IMG/VR virus record: IMGVR_UViG_2690315653_000003
Span: 1-64,000 of that record
Reading direction: 5' to 3' (one strand)
DNA: 64,000 nucleotides
Source of the DNA: a virus
Taxonomy: Duplodnaviria; Caudoviricetes
The notes below the pieces were generated by a model that saw only the letters and a list, made by a program, of their open reading frames with translations, searched no databases and was not told the DNA's origin. The number at the start of each line of letters is the position of its first letter. Positions within the stretch are counted from its first letter, which is position 1. This document shows, piece by piece, positions 1-10,556 of this stretch. A program made the translations under genes and the position numbers.

Positions 1-501
1 ATGGTTTGCATAGTCTGGAGACGGCTAATAATTGCAATAATTGTCATTTACATTATTTGCTGCTCGTCTATTTGTATAGCCGCAATTATTTTAAATCTCA
101 CCTCTTCTTTAGGATTGGGTGATGGCTTTAGCCATTCAGAAATTTTGGAGTTAGTGGAAAATAGCATTATAATGACGATTATAATATTAATAATGTCATT
201 TATATTTCTACGTAAAAAAGTTGAACGGATGATCTCAAATAAGAAGAGGAAAAACGTTTGGATGATTTTAGGAATGCACTTTTTGATATTAGGGACATTA
301 TTGGCCGTCCTCTATGTTTATACACGCCTTGTTTCATTTTCCCTTGTATGTATTTTTGAATTTTCTGTTCTGGTTGGATTATCGCGGTTACTGGTATCAT
401 TAGAGCAAATTTTTTATCTTGAATTATTTCTGAATATAACCGGTACAAAACACAAGGGATTAGTAATTACTAAACGGCAAATTGTATTTCTGTGGATGTG
501 A
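1..501 (+). CDS. Hypothetical multi-pass membrane protein (5' end may lie outside window)
   Basis: AT-rich ORF with about 4 hydrophobic stretches; no recognisable family. Confidence 0.35.
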   Translation: MVCIVWRRLIIAIIVIYIICCSSICIAAIILNLTSSLGLGDGFSHSEILELVENSIIMTIIILIMSFIFLRKKVERMISNKKRKNVWMILGMHFLILGTLLAVLYVYTRLVSFSLVCIFEFSVLVGLSRLLVSLEQIFYLELFLNITGTKHKGLVITKRQIVFLWM

Positions 502-600
502 ATTTTTAATACTCCTCTGATTTATATTATTTTTTCAATTTAAATAGCATTCAACCCCTAGTTGATTATAATTCACCCTCTCAGCATAAACATTATTCTA

Positions 601-608
601 TAACTTTG
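601..608 (+). promoter_or_regulatory. Bacteroidota sigma70 -7 box (TAACTTTG)
   Basis: Exact TAnnTTTG match in the intergenic gap about 55 nt before the first phage ORF; no clear -33 element. Confidence 0.5.
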
Positions 609-661
609 TAAATGTCCGCGAGTTAATCCCCCTGATTATATTAACATAACTCGTGAGACTG

Positions 662-1012
662 ATGAGTGCTGTTGTTTTACAGAAATTACAGAAAGAATTT
701 GAAAACAGGCTCCAAAAAGCAATTGCCTATTATAGTATATTATCGGCATTCAATAGCCTGAACCTTCAAACCAGAGAAATAGAGGTATTGGCTTTTGCCG
801 CGACCCGTGGAACGATTACGCCAGCAAGTGCACGCAGAGAATTTGTTCGGATATTTGATTCTTCACTGGCTACGCTGGAAAATGTAAAATGCCGGCTCAT
901 TAAAAAGGGGCTGCTGCAAAAGCATGGAGAAATGTATCGCGTTAACCCCAGTATTGCCCCTGATTTTTCAGGTGGAGTGATCATGCAGATTAACCTTTCT
1001 TCCTTAACATGA
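662..1012 (+). CDS. Putative winged-HTH DNA-binding protein
   Basis: LQTREIEVLAF...SLATLENVKCRLIKKGLLQK...YRVNP resembles a wHTH; ATG at 662 preferred over GTG at 653. Confidence 0.5.
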   Translation: MSAVVLQKLQKEFENRLQKAIAYYSILSAFNSLNLQTREIEVLAFAATRGTITPASARREFVRIFDSSLATLENVKCRLIKKGLLQKHGEMYRVNPSIAPDFSGGVIMQINLSSLT

Positions 1013-1377
1013 ATGATATCTCTGTTACAAGCGGAGATATAATCTCCAATCTGATAGCCCTGACAGCGGATAATTGTAAGTCGCCTATTCCGCTAGTCGA
1101 TAAAATCATCAAATATCAATTTAAAGCAGTTAGCCAGGCAACTGCTGCCCATTGCACCGTTGAAATATCCGGGGTAGGGTACCTGTATTGTTCCGATAAG
1201 AAAATTGTAAAGAAGCTCATCAGAGCCAGGGCAATATTGCATTGCTATCTGGCCAAGTTGGCCAAGGATCTTTCTGAGAAAAAAAGATATAGCCTGGTAA
1301 AAAGAATTGAAAGTATTGAGCAGCTAATAGAAAGATATGAAAGTAGACTGGAAAGGACTCACGCAAGGAATATATAA
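1009..1377 (+). CDS. HU/IHF-like DNA-binding protein
   Basis: VDKIIKYQF...TVEISGVGYLY resembles the HU/IHF VEIxGFGxF strand; basic C-terminal coil. Confidence 0.5.
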   Translation: MNDISVTSGDIISNLIALTADNCKSPIPLVDKIIKYQFKAVSQATAAHCTVEISGVGYLYCSDKKIVKKLIRARAILHCYLAKLAKDLSEKKRYSLVKRIESIEQLIERYESRLERTHARNI

Positions 1378-1654
1378 CGCTGTATTAGGTAAACAATGGA
1401 TTAAAGATCTGGCGGCTTATAGAATGAATACCTATTGCTCTCCTTGTGAATTCAACTCAAAAAACGCGATAGCATTGTCAGGTTACACCACTATCAGACC
1501 CGATCACCATTGTACTAGGTGCGGATGTAATCTGGAATGGAAAACCCATCAGCTCTCCAGCTCATGTCCGGTAAGTAAATGGCAGGCAGAAGTTAGCCAG
1601 GAACAGGCGAACGAGATTACTAAACAGTTAAGCAATGGCGCAAAAGAAGAATAG
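1337..1654 (+). CDS. Cys-rich Zn-binding phage protein
   Basis: CSPC...CTRCGC...SSSCPVSKW. Confidence 0.6.
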   Translation: MKVDWKGLTQGIYNAVLGKQWIKDLAAYRMNTYCSPCEFNSKNAIALSGYTTIRPDHHCTRCGCNLEWKTHQLSSSCPVSKWQAEVSQEQANEITKQLSNGAKEE

Positions 1655-1958
1655 TTTTATTACCGATGATCTGGACTGGGCAGAATCCCAGCTGGCATCC
1701 TGGAAAGCATATGTGGAATCTAACCCGCTGCATCAGTTAAAAGATAGGATTGAATGGAAGCCGACATCGCGAGGCGGAACAATACCCATGGTGATCAGCA
1801 GCATTGAGCAGCAAGGAAAGTTCCTTCAGGAAACGATGAAGAATTACCTGTCTCTCCTGGAGGTCGTAGATAGGCTCAGGGAGAAAGAAGAAACAAAAAA
1901 AGAAGCCAGAGGCAGCTCTATTGTTCCAGGAAGGATGAGAAAAATGGAATCCCCATAG
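1635..1958 (+). CDS. Conserved hypothetical phage protein (small terminase candidate by position)
   Basis: 107-aa helical ORF overlapping the previous gene, last + strand gene before TerL. Confidence 0.45.
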   Translation: MAQKKNSFITDDLDWAESQLASWKAYVESNPLHQLKDRIEWKPTSRGGTIPMVISSIEQQGKFLQETMKNYLSLLEVVDRLREKEETKKEARGSSIVPGRMRKMESP

Positions 1959-1964
1959 TATGAA

Positions 1965-2243
1965 TCAATCTTCCCGAAAGAAATCCAAAGCCAGAGTAAA
2001 GCGGCTATTATTTAAAGGTTCCGGTAATGGCTCAAAAACTACAGATACGGGGACAAAAGTGTAGAATCGAGCTGAAATGCTCTTATTCGCCTGATACATC
2101 TTGATGATGTTTTTTTTAGCCTCCTCAGGATCAGTAGCTTCAATGATTAGAAAGAAAACTGTTTTTGCATTCGGGTATTTACTATCCTCTTTAACATCCA
2201 TAACATTATATGTAGCATTAATCTTTACTTGATAAAGTGGCAT
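1965..2243 (-). CDS. Small hypothetical protein, paralog of 2324..2578
   Basis: Shares YxVK, LII-x-A, IxKxY, KS, VS and terminal DFF with its neighbour. Confidence 0.7.
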   Translation of the reverse strand: MPLYQVKINATYNVMDVKEDSKYPNAKTVFFLIIEATDPEEAKKNIIKMYQANKSISARFYTFVPVSVVFEPLPEPLNNSRFTLALDFFRED

Positions 2244-2323
2244 GAATAATCATTTGCTTTAACTAAGATAGTTATAACATCTGAACTGTGTAATACCTGC
2301 TGCGATGCTGCCGCAGGCAACTT

Positions 2324-2578
2324 TTAAAGGTCATCAAAAAAATCCGGAGCCCAGGTGAGTTGGGTCAGATTCCCCATTACATTTTCAGCAGAAACAGCTT
2401 TTAGGCAGTAATAGGGATTGTACAAAGATTTACAATCCTTGTACAACTTTTCAATATCAGCCATTGCACTTTTTTCATTATCTGCTGAAATGAGCAATTC
2501 AAACTCCGATTTTATTCCGGTTGGAATTAAATCCTCGTCCCATGACCAGGCTTCCACCTTTACCAAATAGAACCCCAT
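2324..2578 (-). CDS. Small hypothetical protein, paralog of 1965..2243
   Basis: Same motif series as its neighbour; acidic-aromatic tail PDFFDDL. Confidence 0.7.
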   Translation of the reverse strand: MGFYLVKVEAWSWDEDLIPTGIKSEFELLISADNEKSAMADIEKLYKDCKSLYNPYYCLKAVSAENVMGNLTQLTWAPDFFDDL

Positions 2579-2663
2579 TGCTTTATCGATTGAGTTAACG
2601 TAATCCTCAACGATATTATAGATTATAAAATTGTTTGTTATCCCATCCTATCCTATTCCTCCA

Positions 2664-4718
2664 ATGGAAATATACTCGTCTGAATTTTTCCGTAACCTAA
2701 AAACATTACCCTCCCCAGACACAAAAGAGTTTCAGCAACTGGTAGACTGGGAGCTGGAAAAATGTATGGGTGGAGTGAGAATTGCCGGCATCCATATTGG
2801 TGGCTGGCTATATTTTCACATCAATCATTGGAAAATTCGCAGTGACCAGGTAGATAATTATGGCAACATTGTCAGGATTAGTCAACTGCCGGATCTGCGT
2901 GATAATGAATGGGAGCGATCTGAAGCCTTTGAGCGGTGCCGGGAGCTTAAGAAAGGTTACATGGAGATTGGCCTGCGACAGGGAGGGAAAAGTGAATTCG
3001 AGGCTTCTATTACCGGTTGGAACGCCTTGTTATTTCAGCATACCCAAAATGTAATAGTGGGGGGCAACAAGCCCGATTTGGAGTTGCTTACCGAAAAGCT
3101 TGACCATGGACTCCGTAACGTGTGGGCTGGAATTGGGATTGGAAAAATCGATAAGGACTGGCGCAAAACCACTGTGAGATTGGGGTACAAAGATAGAGAT
3201 AATGAACCCCAGGTATGGAGCCATATAATGATAAGAAATGCTGACGATGGTTTTAATACGGAAACCTCGGCAGGAACGACGGCCAAAAGTTTCGTCATGG
3301 ATGAGTGCGGAAAGTACCCTTTCAGCCAGGTGTTCGAAGCTGCGAAGCCTGCCTTCTTATCTGAGCATGGTTGGCGTTGCATACCGATTTTAGTAGGCAC
3401 GGGGGGCTCCTTTGACCGTGGAGCCGACGCTGAGAGGTTCTTTTATAATCCCGACGCAAATAACTTCCTTGGCTTTGATGATCCCCAAACGGGCGTACGC
3501 TCTTGCCTGTTTATGCCTGGCACCTACCGGCAGGACTGCAAATATACCACGACCCTGGATCTGTATTTAAAGAGTAAAGGTATTGAGGTTAGTAACCCAG
3601 GAGAGCTTTCCAGTATCACCATTAAGGTATCTGATAAGGAGAAGGCATTACTGAAAATAAAAGAGGAGCGGGCAGAAAAAGCTAAAGACAGTGATCAGAC
3701 AGAATATTTAAAGAAGGTAATGTATTACCCACTCACGCCGGCTGAGTGTTTTCTTTCTGTTACCAGTAACCAGTTCAATATAGAAGCTGTAAAAAAACAG
3801 AAAGAGAAGCTTTCCACCCTAAATATTACCGGCGTTCCCATAGAGATCTTCCATAATGGGGAAAAACTCACACACAAGTTTACCGATAAGAAACCTGTAT
3901 CCTCCTTTCCCATAAAAGCACTGGAAAAAAAGGATGGGTGCATTGTCATGTATGAGGCTCCAGTAAAAAATGCTCCTTTTGGCTTATACGTTGCCGGCAT
4001 TGACCCATATAAACAGGATAATTCAAAGTATAGTACCTCTCTGGGAGCCTGTTATATCTACAAACGTATGCACAACATAGCGGGTGATCAGTATCAGAAC
4101 ATGATCGTGGCCCAATATGTTGGCAGGCCCTCCAGCATTACTGAGTGGAATGAAACTGTTCGAAACCTGATTAAGTATTACAATGCCTATGCTTTAAGTG
4201 AGTCGGATGACTACGGGTTTATCCAGTACATGATTAATAAATCTGAGAGCATGTTCCTCATGGAACAACCTGAGTGGTTAAAAGATATTGCTCCTAATTC
4301 TGCAGTACGCCGTCAATATGGTATTCCTGCCACGCCCAAAGTGATTGCCCATATCAACGGATTACTTAAAACCTATACAGAAGAAACGATCAGCAAAGAA
4401 GTTGATGATAACGGCCTCGTCACTAAAGAGATCCTGGGACTATCCCGTATTCTGGACCCTTTGCTGCTGGAGGAGATGATAAAATATAACCCCGACGGAA
4501 ACTTTGACCGCATTAGAGCTGCAGCTATTGCTATAGCTGTGGCCTCTCACCTGGATGCCAGACATGTAATGCCATCTTCCTCCGATGACCCCAGACTAAA
4601 ATCCTATTTCTCCCGAAAAAAACAAAGTGAAAGCGCCCGCAAACTGCTGGGTAGTGACCCTCTCTTTTCCAGCGCAGGTGGCCGTAAGACTGGCACTTTA
4701 AGAAAACTGTTATCCTAA
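2664..4718 (+). CDS. terL: Terminase large subunit
   Basis: Walker A-like LRQGGKS, Walker B FVMDECG, coupling motif VGTGG, RNase H-like AGIDPY and NFDRI; ATG 2664 preferred over TTG 2631. Confidence 0.9.
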   Translation: MEIYSSEFFRNLKTLPSPDTKEFQQLVDWELEKCMGGVRIAGIHIGGWLYFHINHWKIRSDQVDNYGNIVRISQLPDLRDNEWERSEAFERCRELKKGYMEIGLRQGGKSEFEASITGWNALLFQHTQNVIVGGNKPDLELLTEKLDHGLRNVWAGIGIGKIDKDWRKTTVRLGYKDRDNEPQVWSHIMIRNADDGFNTETSAGTTAKSFVMDECGKYPFSQVFEAAKPAFLSEHGWRCIPILVGTGGSFDRGADAERFFYNPDANNFLGFDDPQTGVRSCLFMPGTYRQDCKYTTTLDLYLKSKGIEVSNPGELSSITIKVSDKEKALLKIKEERAEKAKDSDQTEYLKKVMYYPLTPAECFLSVTSNQFNIEAVKKQKEKLSTLNITGVPIEIFHNGEKLTHKFTDKKPVSSFPIKALEKKDGCIVMYEAPVKNAPFGLYVAGIDPYKQDNSKYSTSLGACYIYKRMHNIAGDQYQNMIVAQYVGRPSSITEWNETVRNLIKYYNAYALSESDDYGFIQYMINKSESMFLMEQPEWLKDIAPNSAVRRQYGIPATPKVIAHINGLLKTYTEETISKEVDDNGLVTKEILGLSRILDPLLLEEMIKYNPDGNFDRIRAAAIAIAVASHLDARHVMPSSSDDPRLKSYFSRKKQSESARKLLGSDPLFSSAGGRKTGTLRKLLS

Positions 4719-7316
4719 ATGCCCATTATCCTCCATACCCAAAGCGGCAATCTGCTGCATGAATACCTTGCTACTTTCCCAGATCAATATGTCTCCCAGA
4801 AAGAAAAAGAGTCCGATGGATTTATTAAGCAGAACATGGACTACTTCGCAAATATTGCTTATGCGCAGTATAACGGGAAGAAAAAGAAAATTTCCCGCAA
4901 CTATGACCTGGTAAAAGGGCATTTAAAGAAAGAAGACTTTTATGAGCAGCCGGGGCCCCGCAGCTTTATTGAGACGCTGGAGACAGAGGAGTTTGAGCTG
5001 CCAGCTCATGTTCGTCATTATCCTATTTTAAATCCTCCCTTAAACACCTTAACCGGCGAGCTAACTAAGCGCCCGGATACCACAAGGGTAAAAGCTTATG
5101 ATGCCGACTCTAAAAATGAAGAGCTGGCCTTCCGCTCAGATATGCTCCAGCAGTATATCCTGCAGAATGCTCGCAATAAGATTATTACTGATCTGGCAGA
5201 GCAGGGGCAAGATGTAGGCGAGATCGATGATCAGCAGATACAGGAACTTACGGAGGAAAAAGTAGAAGACGAACTCACCTCTTATACAACACTGGCCGAA
5301 CGTTGGGGAAATCATACACTGGAAGCGCTCAAGGCTGAATTCAATATTAAGGAAAAATCAGAGGAAGCCTTTCGAGATCTTCTCATTTGTTCCAATGAAT
5401 ATTATCACATATATGAGACGGGAGCCAACTCTTTAGGATTTTCTGTAGAAACAGCTAATCCCAAAAAAGTATGGGAACTGTCTGTGGGTGATAAAAAGTA
5501 TTCCCGTGACTGGTATGCAGGAGGTCTTCTGGACGTAATGGAACTCTCTGAAATAATTGAGCGCTTTCCAAATGTTACAAAAGAAGAAATCGATCACTTA
5601 AGAAAAGCCTCTGATAATGGTCTTTTCAGCGCAAGGCAGTCAAATTATGGTTCCAGCATCAAAGGGTTAGAATCTATCCACTACGATACCTATAACCCCG
5701 CTCTCCTGGAGGAGAGACTTCTGGCGGAATCCGGATTACAGGACGACCTGGTATTTGGTCACTTCTTTTCAGGAAAAGGAACCAGTACAAGTAGCTATGG
5801 TAATAAGTTCGCTGTTGTTATTGCCTACTGGAAATCAAAAATTAAGGTAGGAAAGGTTTCGTACCTAGATCCGGAGACGGGCAGCCTTCAGACAACACTG
5901 GTTGACGAAAACTATAAAAAAGGAACTATTCAGGGTGAAATCTCCGTGGAATGGAGATACGCAAACCGCTGGTATCAGGGGCTTAAGATCGGATCTGATG
6001 TTTACCACGTAACACCTTTTACCTTACTTCCGTACTGCCCGATTATTGGTGTTACCCATGAAAGTAAAAATACCATTGCCTCTTCGCTGATTGACCTTAT
6101 GAAGGGCTATCAGATGATATATAATGTATGTCTTAACCAGTTGTGGAAACTACTTGAGAAGGAGAAAGGAAAGGTTATCCTAATTCCCCTCAGGCATATC
6201 CCGACACCCAAAGATGGTGATGCCGGTGACGCACTGGATATGTGGGAACTGGAAGCCAGGGAAAGAGGAGCCATCTTTATTGACGATAGTCCTGAGAACG
6301 CGAAAGCCATTTCAAGTTTTAATCAGTATTCTGCCCTGGATCTTTCCCGTCATCAGGAGATACAGAGCCGCTATAATCTTGCGGTTCAAATGAAAATGGA
6401 ATGTTGGGAACTGGTGGGACTTTCAAAAGAACGCCTGGGAAATGTAGCAGCTACCAGCACTGCAACAGGAGTAAATACTTCCCTTTCTCAGAGCTATGCT
6501 CAGACAGAAGCATACTTCACCCAACACGAATATTGTCTTAATGAGCTTTATCAGGGGCTACTGGATGCAGCGCAGTATATCGAATCCACTAAACCTACTT
6601 CGACAATATCTTATATAAATTCTTCCGGTGAGAATGCTTTTATACAGGTTAACGGAACTGATATCTCCCTTCGGGATTTAAAGGTTTTTGTTACCAGCAG
6701 AACGAAAGATTCCATTGCTTTTGAACAGCTGCAGCAACTGGCGCAACCGGCTCTGCAGAATGGAGCTTCCCTTTATGATATCGCAGAACTTTATACCACT
6801 GACTCAATGCGTAAGCTGAAAGACACATTTAAGCGTATTAAAAAACGCCAGGATGATTTTGCAGCCCAGCAACAACAGATGCAGCAACAACAAATTAACC
6901 AGGCGCAGCAGCAGTTCCAGGCAACTCAGCAGGCAGAAGATATGGCCAGAAAAGAACAAATGGTTAATGAAAATTATCAGCGAGAACTGGACAGGGTAAA
7001 CAAGAAGGAAATAGCCCTCATCGCCACATTCAACCGTCAGCAGAATAATCTAAAAGATGTCGATGCAAATGGGACTCCTGATGTGCTGGAGGTCTCCAGA
7101 CTTGCAATGGAAGAAACTAATGCCGGCAGAGATTATAAAATGGCCCTGGATAAGCTGGGTATAGAAAAACAGAAACTAGCTGCAGACAGAAGCACGCAAC
7201 TGGAACAGCTGGGGCTGGAAAAAGCAAAGCTCAAAGTCAAACGGGAAGAGATCGCAAGTAAAGAGCGTATAGCTAAAGCCAATAAGAACAAATATGATAA
7301 AGTAGGTAAAAAATAG
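4719..7316 (+). CDS. Portal protein (crAss-like)
   Basis: 865 aa directly after TerL; HYPILNP, WYQGLKIG, ERLG...ATG motifs; Gln-rich C-terminal coiled coil. Confidence 0.85.
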   Translation: MPIILHTQSGNLLHEYLATFPDQYVSQKEKESDGFIKQNMDYFANIAYAQYNGKKKKISRNYDLVKGHLKKEDFYEQPGPRSFIETLETEEFELPAHVRHYPILNPPLNTLTGELTKRPDTTRVKAYDADSKNEELAFRSDMLQQYILQNARNKIITDLAEQGQDVGEIDDQQIQELTEEKVEDELTSYTTLAERWGNHTLEALKAEFNIKEKSEEAFRDLLICSNEYYHIYETGANSLGFSVETANPKKVWELSVGDKKYSRDWYAGGLLDVMELSEIIERFPNVTKEEIDHLRKASDNGLFSARQSNYGSSIKGLESIHYDTYNPALLEERLLAESGLQDDLVFGHFFSGKGTSTSSYGNKFAVVIAYWKSKIKVGKVSYLDPETGSLQTTLVDENYKKGTIQGEISVEWRYANRWYQGLKIGSDVYHVTPFTLLPYCPIIGVTHESKNTIASSLIDLMKGYQMIYNVCLNQLWKLLEKEKGKVILIPLRHIPTPKDGDAGDALDMWELEARERGAIFIDDSPENAKAISSFNQYSALDLSRHQEIQSRYNLAVQMKMECWELVGLSKERLGNVAATSTATGVNTSLSQSYAQTEAYFTQHEYCLNELYQGLLDAAQYIESTKPTSTISYINSSGENAFIQVNGTDISLRDLKVFVTSRTKDSIAFEQLQQLAQPALQNGASLYDIAELYTTDSMRKLKDTFKRIKKRQDDFAAQQQQMQQQQINQAQQQFQATQQAEDMARKEQMVNENYQRELDRVNKKEIALIATFNRQQNNLKDVDANGTPDVLEVSRLAMEETNAGRDYKMALDKLGIEKQKLAADRSTQLEQLGLEKAKLKVKREEIASKERIAKANKNKYDKVGKK

Positions 7317-7328
7317 TACTCGCTACCA

Positions 7329-7772
7329 TTATAACCCATTAATAATATCCAGTGGTGTGATCAATTTGTCTTCAGTGACATCTACATCCTTATCAGTAAT
7401 GTCGGATCCCTGGAGGGTTACATCTACTTTGTATTTCTTGGTAAAAGCATCATAGGATTTAATTATAGCAGTTCCGGCTGGCAGGCCATTTTCAGCAAGA
7501 AATATCTTGGTGGAGCCTAAATCATGCTTTCTGTAAAAGGGTTTGGTTAGATCAATTGGATGATAAATTGTAGTAAAAAACTGGGGAAGAAGTGATAGCT
7601 GTTCCTCTCCACCATGATGAAGTGTATAAACTTTATAGGTATACTTTGCCTCTTTTTCTGAACATTGATCAGGTAAAGCAGCCAGCAGCAGACCTGCGTA
7701 TGCAATTTCTATTAGTTGACTTGGCATCAGTTTACCAGTGCTATTTTCAATTACTTTAATACGTGCATTCAT
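7329..7772 (-). CDS. Hypothetical protein (antisense insertion, own promoter)
   Basis: 147-aa ORF converging on the portal gene, with an upstream -7 box. Confidence 0.6.
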   Translation of the reverse strand: MNARIKVIENSTGKLMPSQLIEIAYAGLLLAALPDQCSEKEAKYTYKVYTLHHGGEEQLSLLPQFFTTIYHPIDLTKPFYRKHDLGSTKIFLAENGLPAGTAIIKSYDAFTKKYKVDVTLQGSDITDKDVDVTEDKLITPLDIINGL

Positions 7773-7790
7773 GTATGATTCCCATTTTCA

Positions 7791-7798
7791 CAAATGTA
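7791..7798 (-). promoter_or_regulatory. Bacteroidota -7 box (TACATTTG on - strand)
   Basis: CAAATGTA on + strand, about 19 nt upstream of the 7772 ATG. Confidence 0.55.
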
Positions 7799-7843
7799 CT
7801 TTTTTCTCGCCTGATTAGCGGGAATAATAAGGTCTAATATTAT

Positions 7844-7875
7844 AAAAAAAACGCGCGATCAATATTGATCGCGCG
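7844..7875 (-). terminator. Rho-independent terminator of the M4 protease gene
   Basis: Perfect 24-bp palindrome CGCGCGATCAATATTGATCGCGCG (7852-7875) followed by T8 on the - strand, just past the 7903 stop. Confidence 0.85.
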
Positions 7876-7902
7876 GATTCAGAACCATTATTATTAAACA
7901 AA

Positions 7903-10521
7903 TTAATGCTGTACAATAACCTTGAAAGATCGTTTCACTTTACCGTTTGCAACCCCTATGTAATAGGTTCCCACAGGACGAGAACTCAAATCTAAATTAA
8001 TTTTTTGCTGACCTAAACCAGTATAGTTATGTTGCTCCAGTAAGATACCTTCACTATTAAATATTTTAATGCTACTGATCTCAAGTGAAGGCAATAAATT
8101 GTTAGCGACCCTTGCGACATAATCATTAGTTTTAGTGTTTAGCGTCTCAACTGTAAAAGCACCACTGGTAGGATTAGGATATATTTTGAAAAGACTACTT
8201 GGTGTGAAATTTGGCCGAATACGAATAAAAGAACTGCTGTCAGCAGTATCGCTGGAATCGGCGGCCATTCTCGCTCCACAGCCTGATCTTGCGGTGATGC
8301 TAAGGGTTTTTATTACCGGTGTATTGGTACCACAGGTGTTAAAGGATTTCAAATAGTATGTCACTGAAGCAGGTCCATCAACTTGAAGTTCTGCAATATA
8401 TTCAGTATAGCCCAATGAGGCATTATATTGTACTGTCGCTGTATGATAGGTTGATCCACCATCGCTGCTTACATATACCCCCGCTGCGCCAGTAGGTAGT
8501 GGACCGGTAATATCCCATCCGCAGGAACTATTGGGGCTGGTTCTTTTACCTAAGTTTGGAGATCCGGGCAATCCGACCGGTACCACTTTCGATAATGTAT
8601 CATTAGATTTACAACTATAGCTCAAAATTGCTGTAAGTGTAGCAGAGCTGTTCACTGATCCAACTCTGGTGAGAGAAATAGTAGTTCCCGTACCAGATAA
8701 AGGCGTTACGATTCCAGATGGAGATAGACTCCAAGCGCAACTGGAAACCGCTGTGGGAAGACTTGCAAATGGTACTGTACCGGATGTACATATAGATGGT
8801 ACAGTAGCACTAAATGCAGCAGTACTTACATACTTCGCTCCAACACCCACACTGGCCCAGGCGTTGGTGACCCCGATTTCCTGACAGCTTCCCACTCCGA
8901 AGAGATCACGTGCCGCCTGAATGGTATTATCTCTGACAGTTGCAAAGGTTGAATTAGAAACCATATAATATACCTCGGCCCGATATAGTATTTTTTGTGC
9001 GTCTGTATTACTGATAGGGGTAATAGCATACGATTGCCCCAAGGCATTAGTTCCAGTTCCACCGATAAGCAACATGTAGAACCAATGAGACATTACACTC
9101 ATGTTTGTGTGAATGTAACCGTAATCGTTGGAGGCGTCCGGAGTAGCAGGCGGAGCAATGTAATTCGGGCCGCCATAGCAGGTAGGTTGCGCTCCCAGTG
9201 GAGATGTACCAGGATAGTCGATATAGCGCAATGGGAAATATATTCCATCATCTTCCCCCATTGACCACCTTGCCTTTGCCGGTGTTTTCCAATATTCTAT
9301 ACACGAACCCCATATATCAGAAATACCCTCATTTATTGCTCCTGCTTCATTTGAAACCGCAAAACCTACTTCTGTTTGCGCAATGCCATGTCCTAATTCA
9401 TGGCCCATCACATCAAGACTAACCATAGAATTGACTGGTACTACACCTCCTGCCAATCCTCCCTTCCCGTATATCATCACCTGGAGACTTGGAACCCAAC
9501 CAGCGCTCGCATAGTTGACACCATAATTGGTATAGTTCGTTACAGGAGAACCACTTCCATTAATACTATTTCTGCTATGGACTGTACTCCAATAGTCAAG
9601 AACTGCCTCGCTACCCCATTGGGCATCGAGTGCATCCCTATCATTGGGATGTTCGGCTGATGTCCAGTTATTATCGTTATCGGAGTATTCGGAGTAACCG
9701 GTAAAAGAAGTGTTTGCATTATTATTATAAGTATGAATAGTAACCCCGCCGCGCAGCTCACTGAGGCGATATGCTCCTGCATAACTATCCCCGGTAATTG
9801 CCTGGGAGCCATTATACAACGTAGAGGCAGTTCCCGGTGTATTGGTGTTTTCGATATTGGAAAAATTTGATATTAAACTACCATCTTGCGCGTTAATATA
9901 TATTGTCTGATCCAGAAAAGGTTCTGTGGCAACAATATTGAATTTCCAGGCAAGTAAAAATGTATCTTTCTTATTATAAGTGGCTGAAGCAATTACGATC
10001 TGACCTTTGCCGGTAAAATCTCCTGAAGGATTGCTCCTTTTTGCCAGATTTAAAGTTGCAGTATCCTCCCATATATAGCGTTTTGCTTTAAGGGTATCTA
10101 ATGCAACCCGTAAAGCAGCGTTTTCGGTAATAGCTGGTGTTACATTCATATCATTAATGGCGACCATGGAACTGTTAACACTTTCAAGACTGGTAGAACT
10201 ATGGGCTACGATTTGTGCGTTATCAACCTTTACGCCTTTGAAATACTGCTGATATTTATTGTGTTTATGTCCAAGCTCGTCGGTCTTTGTAGAAAACAAA
10301 CGTTGTTCATCGATACCGCTTCTGAGGTTCAGTAGCTTGCCGATAATCTGCTTTTCATTTGTTGCATTTCTTTTTTGATTTATATCAGGGGTGAAGGTGA
10401 CAAAGGCAATATTCCCATGCCTGTCGCGGCGGATACTCAGCGTATCGTTTTCCGCCTGCTGGGCAAATGCGGCACTGCTGGACATGGCAATCCCAATAAG
10501 AAGTAGTAAAACTTTTTTCAT
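7903..10521 (-). CDS. Secreted M4 (thermolysin-family) metalloprotease with T9SS C-terminal sorting domain
   Basis: Signal peptide, FTP/PepSY-like propeptide (YQQYFKGVKV, YINAQDG), HELGH plus GAINEGISD, YIHTN, C-terminal IYPNP...GTYYIGV...KVIVQH. Confidence 0.92.
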   Translation of the reverse strand: MKKVLLLLIGIAMSSSAAFAQQAENDTLSIRRDRHGNIAFVTFTPDINQKRNATNEKQIIGKLLNLRSGIDEQRLFSTKTDELGHKHNKYQQYFKGVKVDNAQIVAHSSTSLESVNSSMVAINDMNVTPAITENAALRVALDTLKAKRYIWEDTATLNLAKRSNPSGDFTGKGQIVIASATYNKKDTFLLAWKFNIVATEPFLDQTIYINAQDGSLISNFSNIENTNTPGTASTLYNGSQAITGDSYAGAYRLSELRGGVTIHTYNNNANTSFTGYSEYSDNDNNWTSAEHPNDRDALDAQWGSEAVLDYWSTVHSRNSINGSGSPVTNYTNYGVNYASAGWVPSLQVMIYGKGGLAGGVVPVNSMVSLDVMGHELGHGIAQTEVGFAVSNEAGAINEGISDIWGSCIEYWKTPAKARWSMGEDDGIYFPLRYIDYPGTSPLGAQPTCYGGPNYIAPPATPDASNDYGYIHTNMSVMSHWFYMLLIGGTGTNALGQSYAITPISNTDAQKILYRAEVYYMVSNSTFATVRDNTIQAARDLFGVGSCQEIGVTNAWASVGVGAKYVSTAAFSATVPSICTSGTVPFASLPTAVSSCAWSLSPSGIVTPLSGTGTTISLTRVGSVNSSATLTAILSYSCKSNDTLSKVVPVGLPGSPNLGKRTSPNSSCGWDITGPLPTGAAGVYVSSDGGSTYHTATVQYNASLGYTEYIAELQVDGPASVTYYLKSFNTCGTNTPVIKTLSITARSGCGARMAADSSDTADSSSFIRIRPNFTPSSLFKIYPNPTSGAFTVETLNTKTNDYVARVANNLLPSLEISSIKIFNSEGILLEQHNYTGLGQQKINLDLSSRPVGTYYIGVANGKVKRSFKVIVQH

Positions 10522-10556
10522 GTTGCTTAATGTATTTTGAGTGTGAAAAAACTAGA

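Noticed and set aside
4716-4721. TerL-portal read-through fusion at in-frame TAA-ATG
   Set aside because: Both proteins are complete separately and normal translational coupling explains it
6865-6935. CAG/CAA-rich repeat in the portal gene
   Set aside because: Encodes the Gln-rich coiled coil typical of portal C-termini; not a separate DNA repeat element
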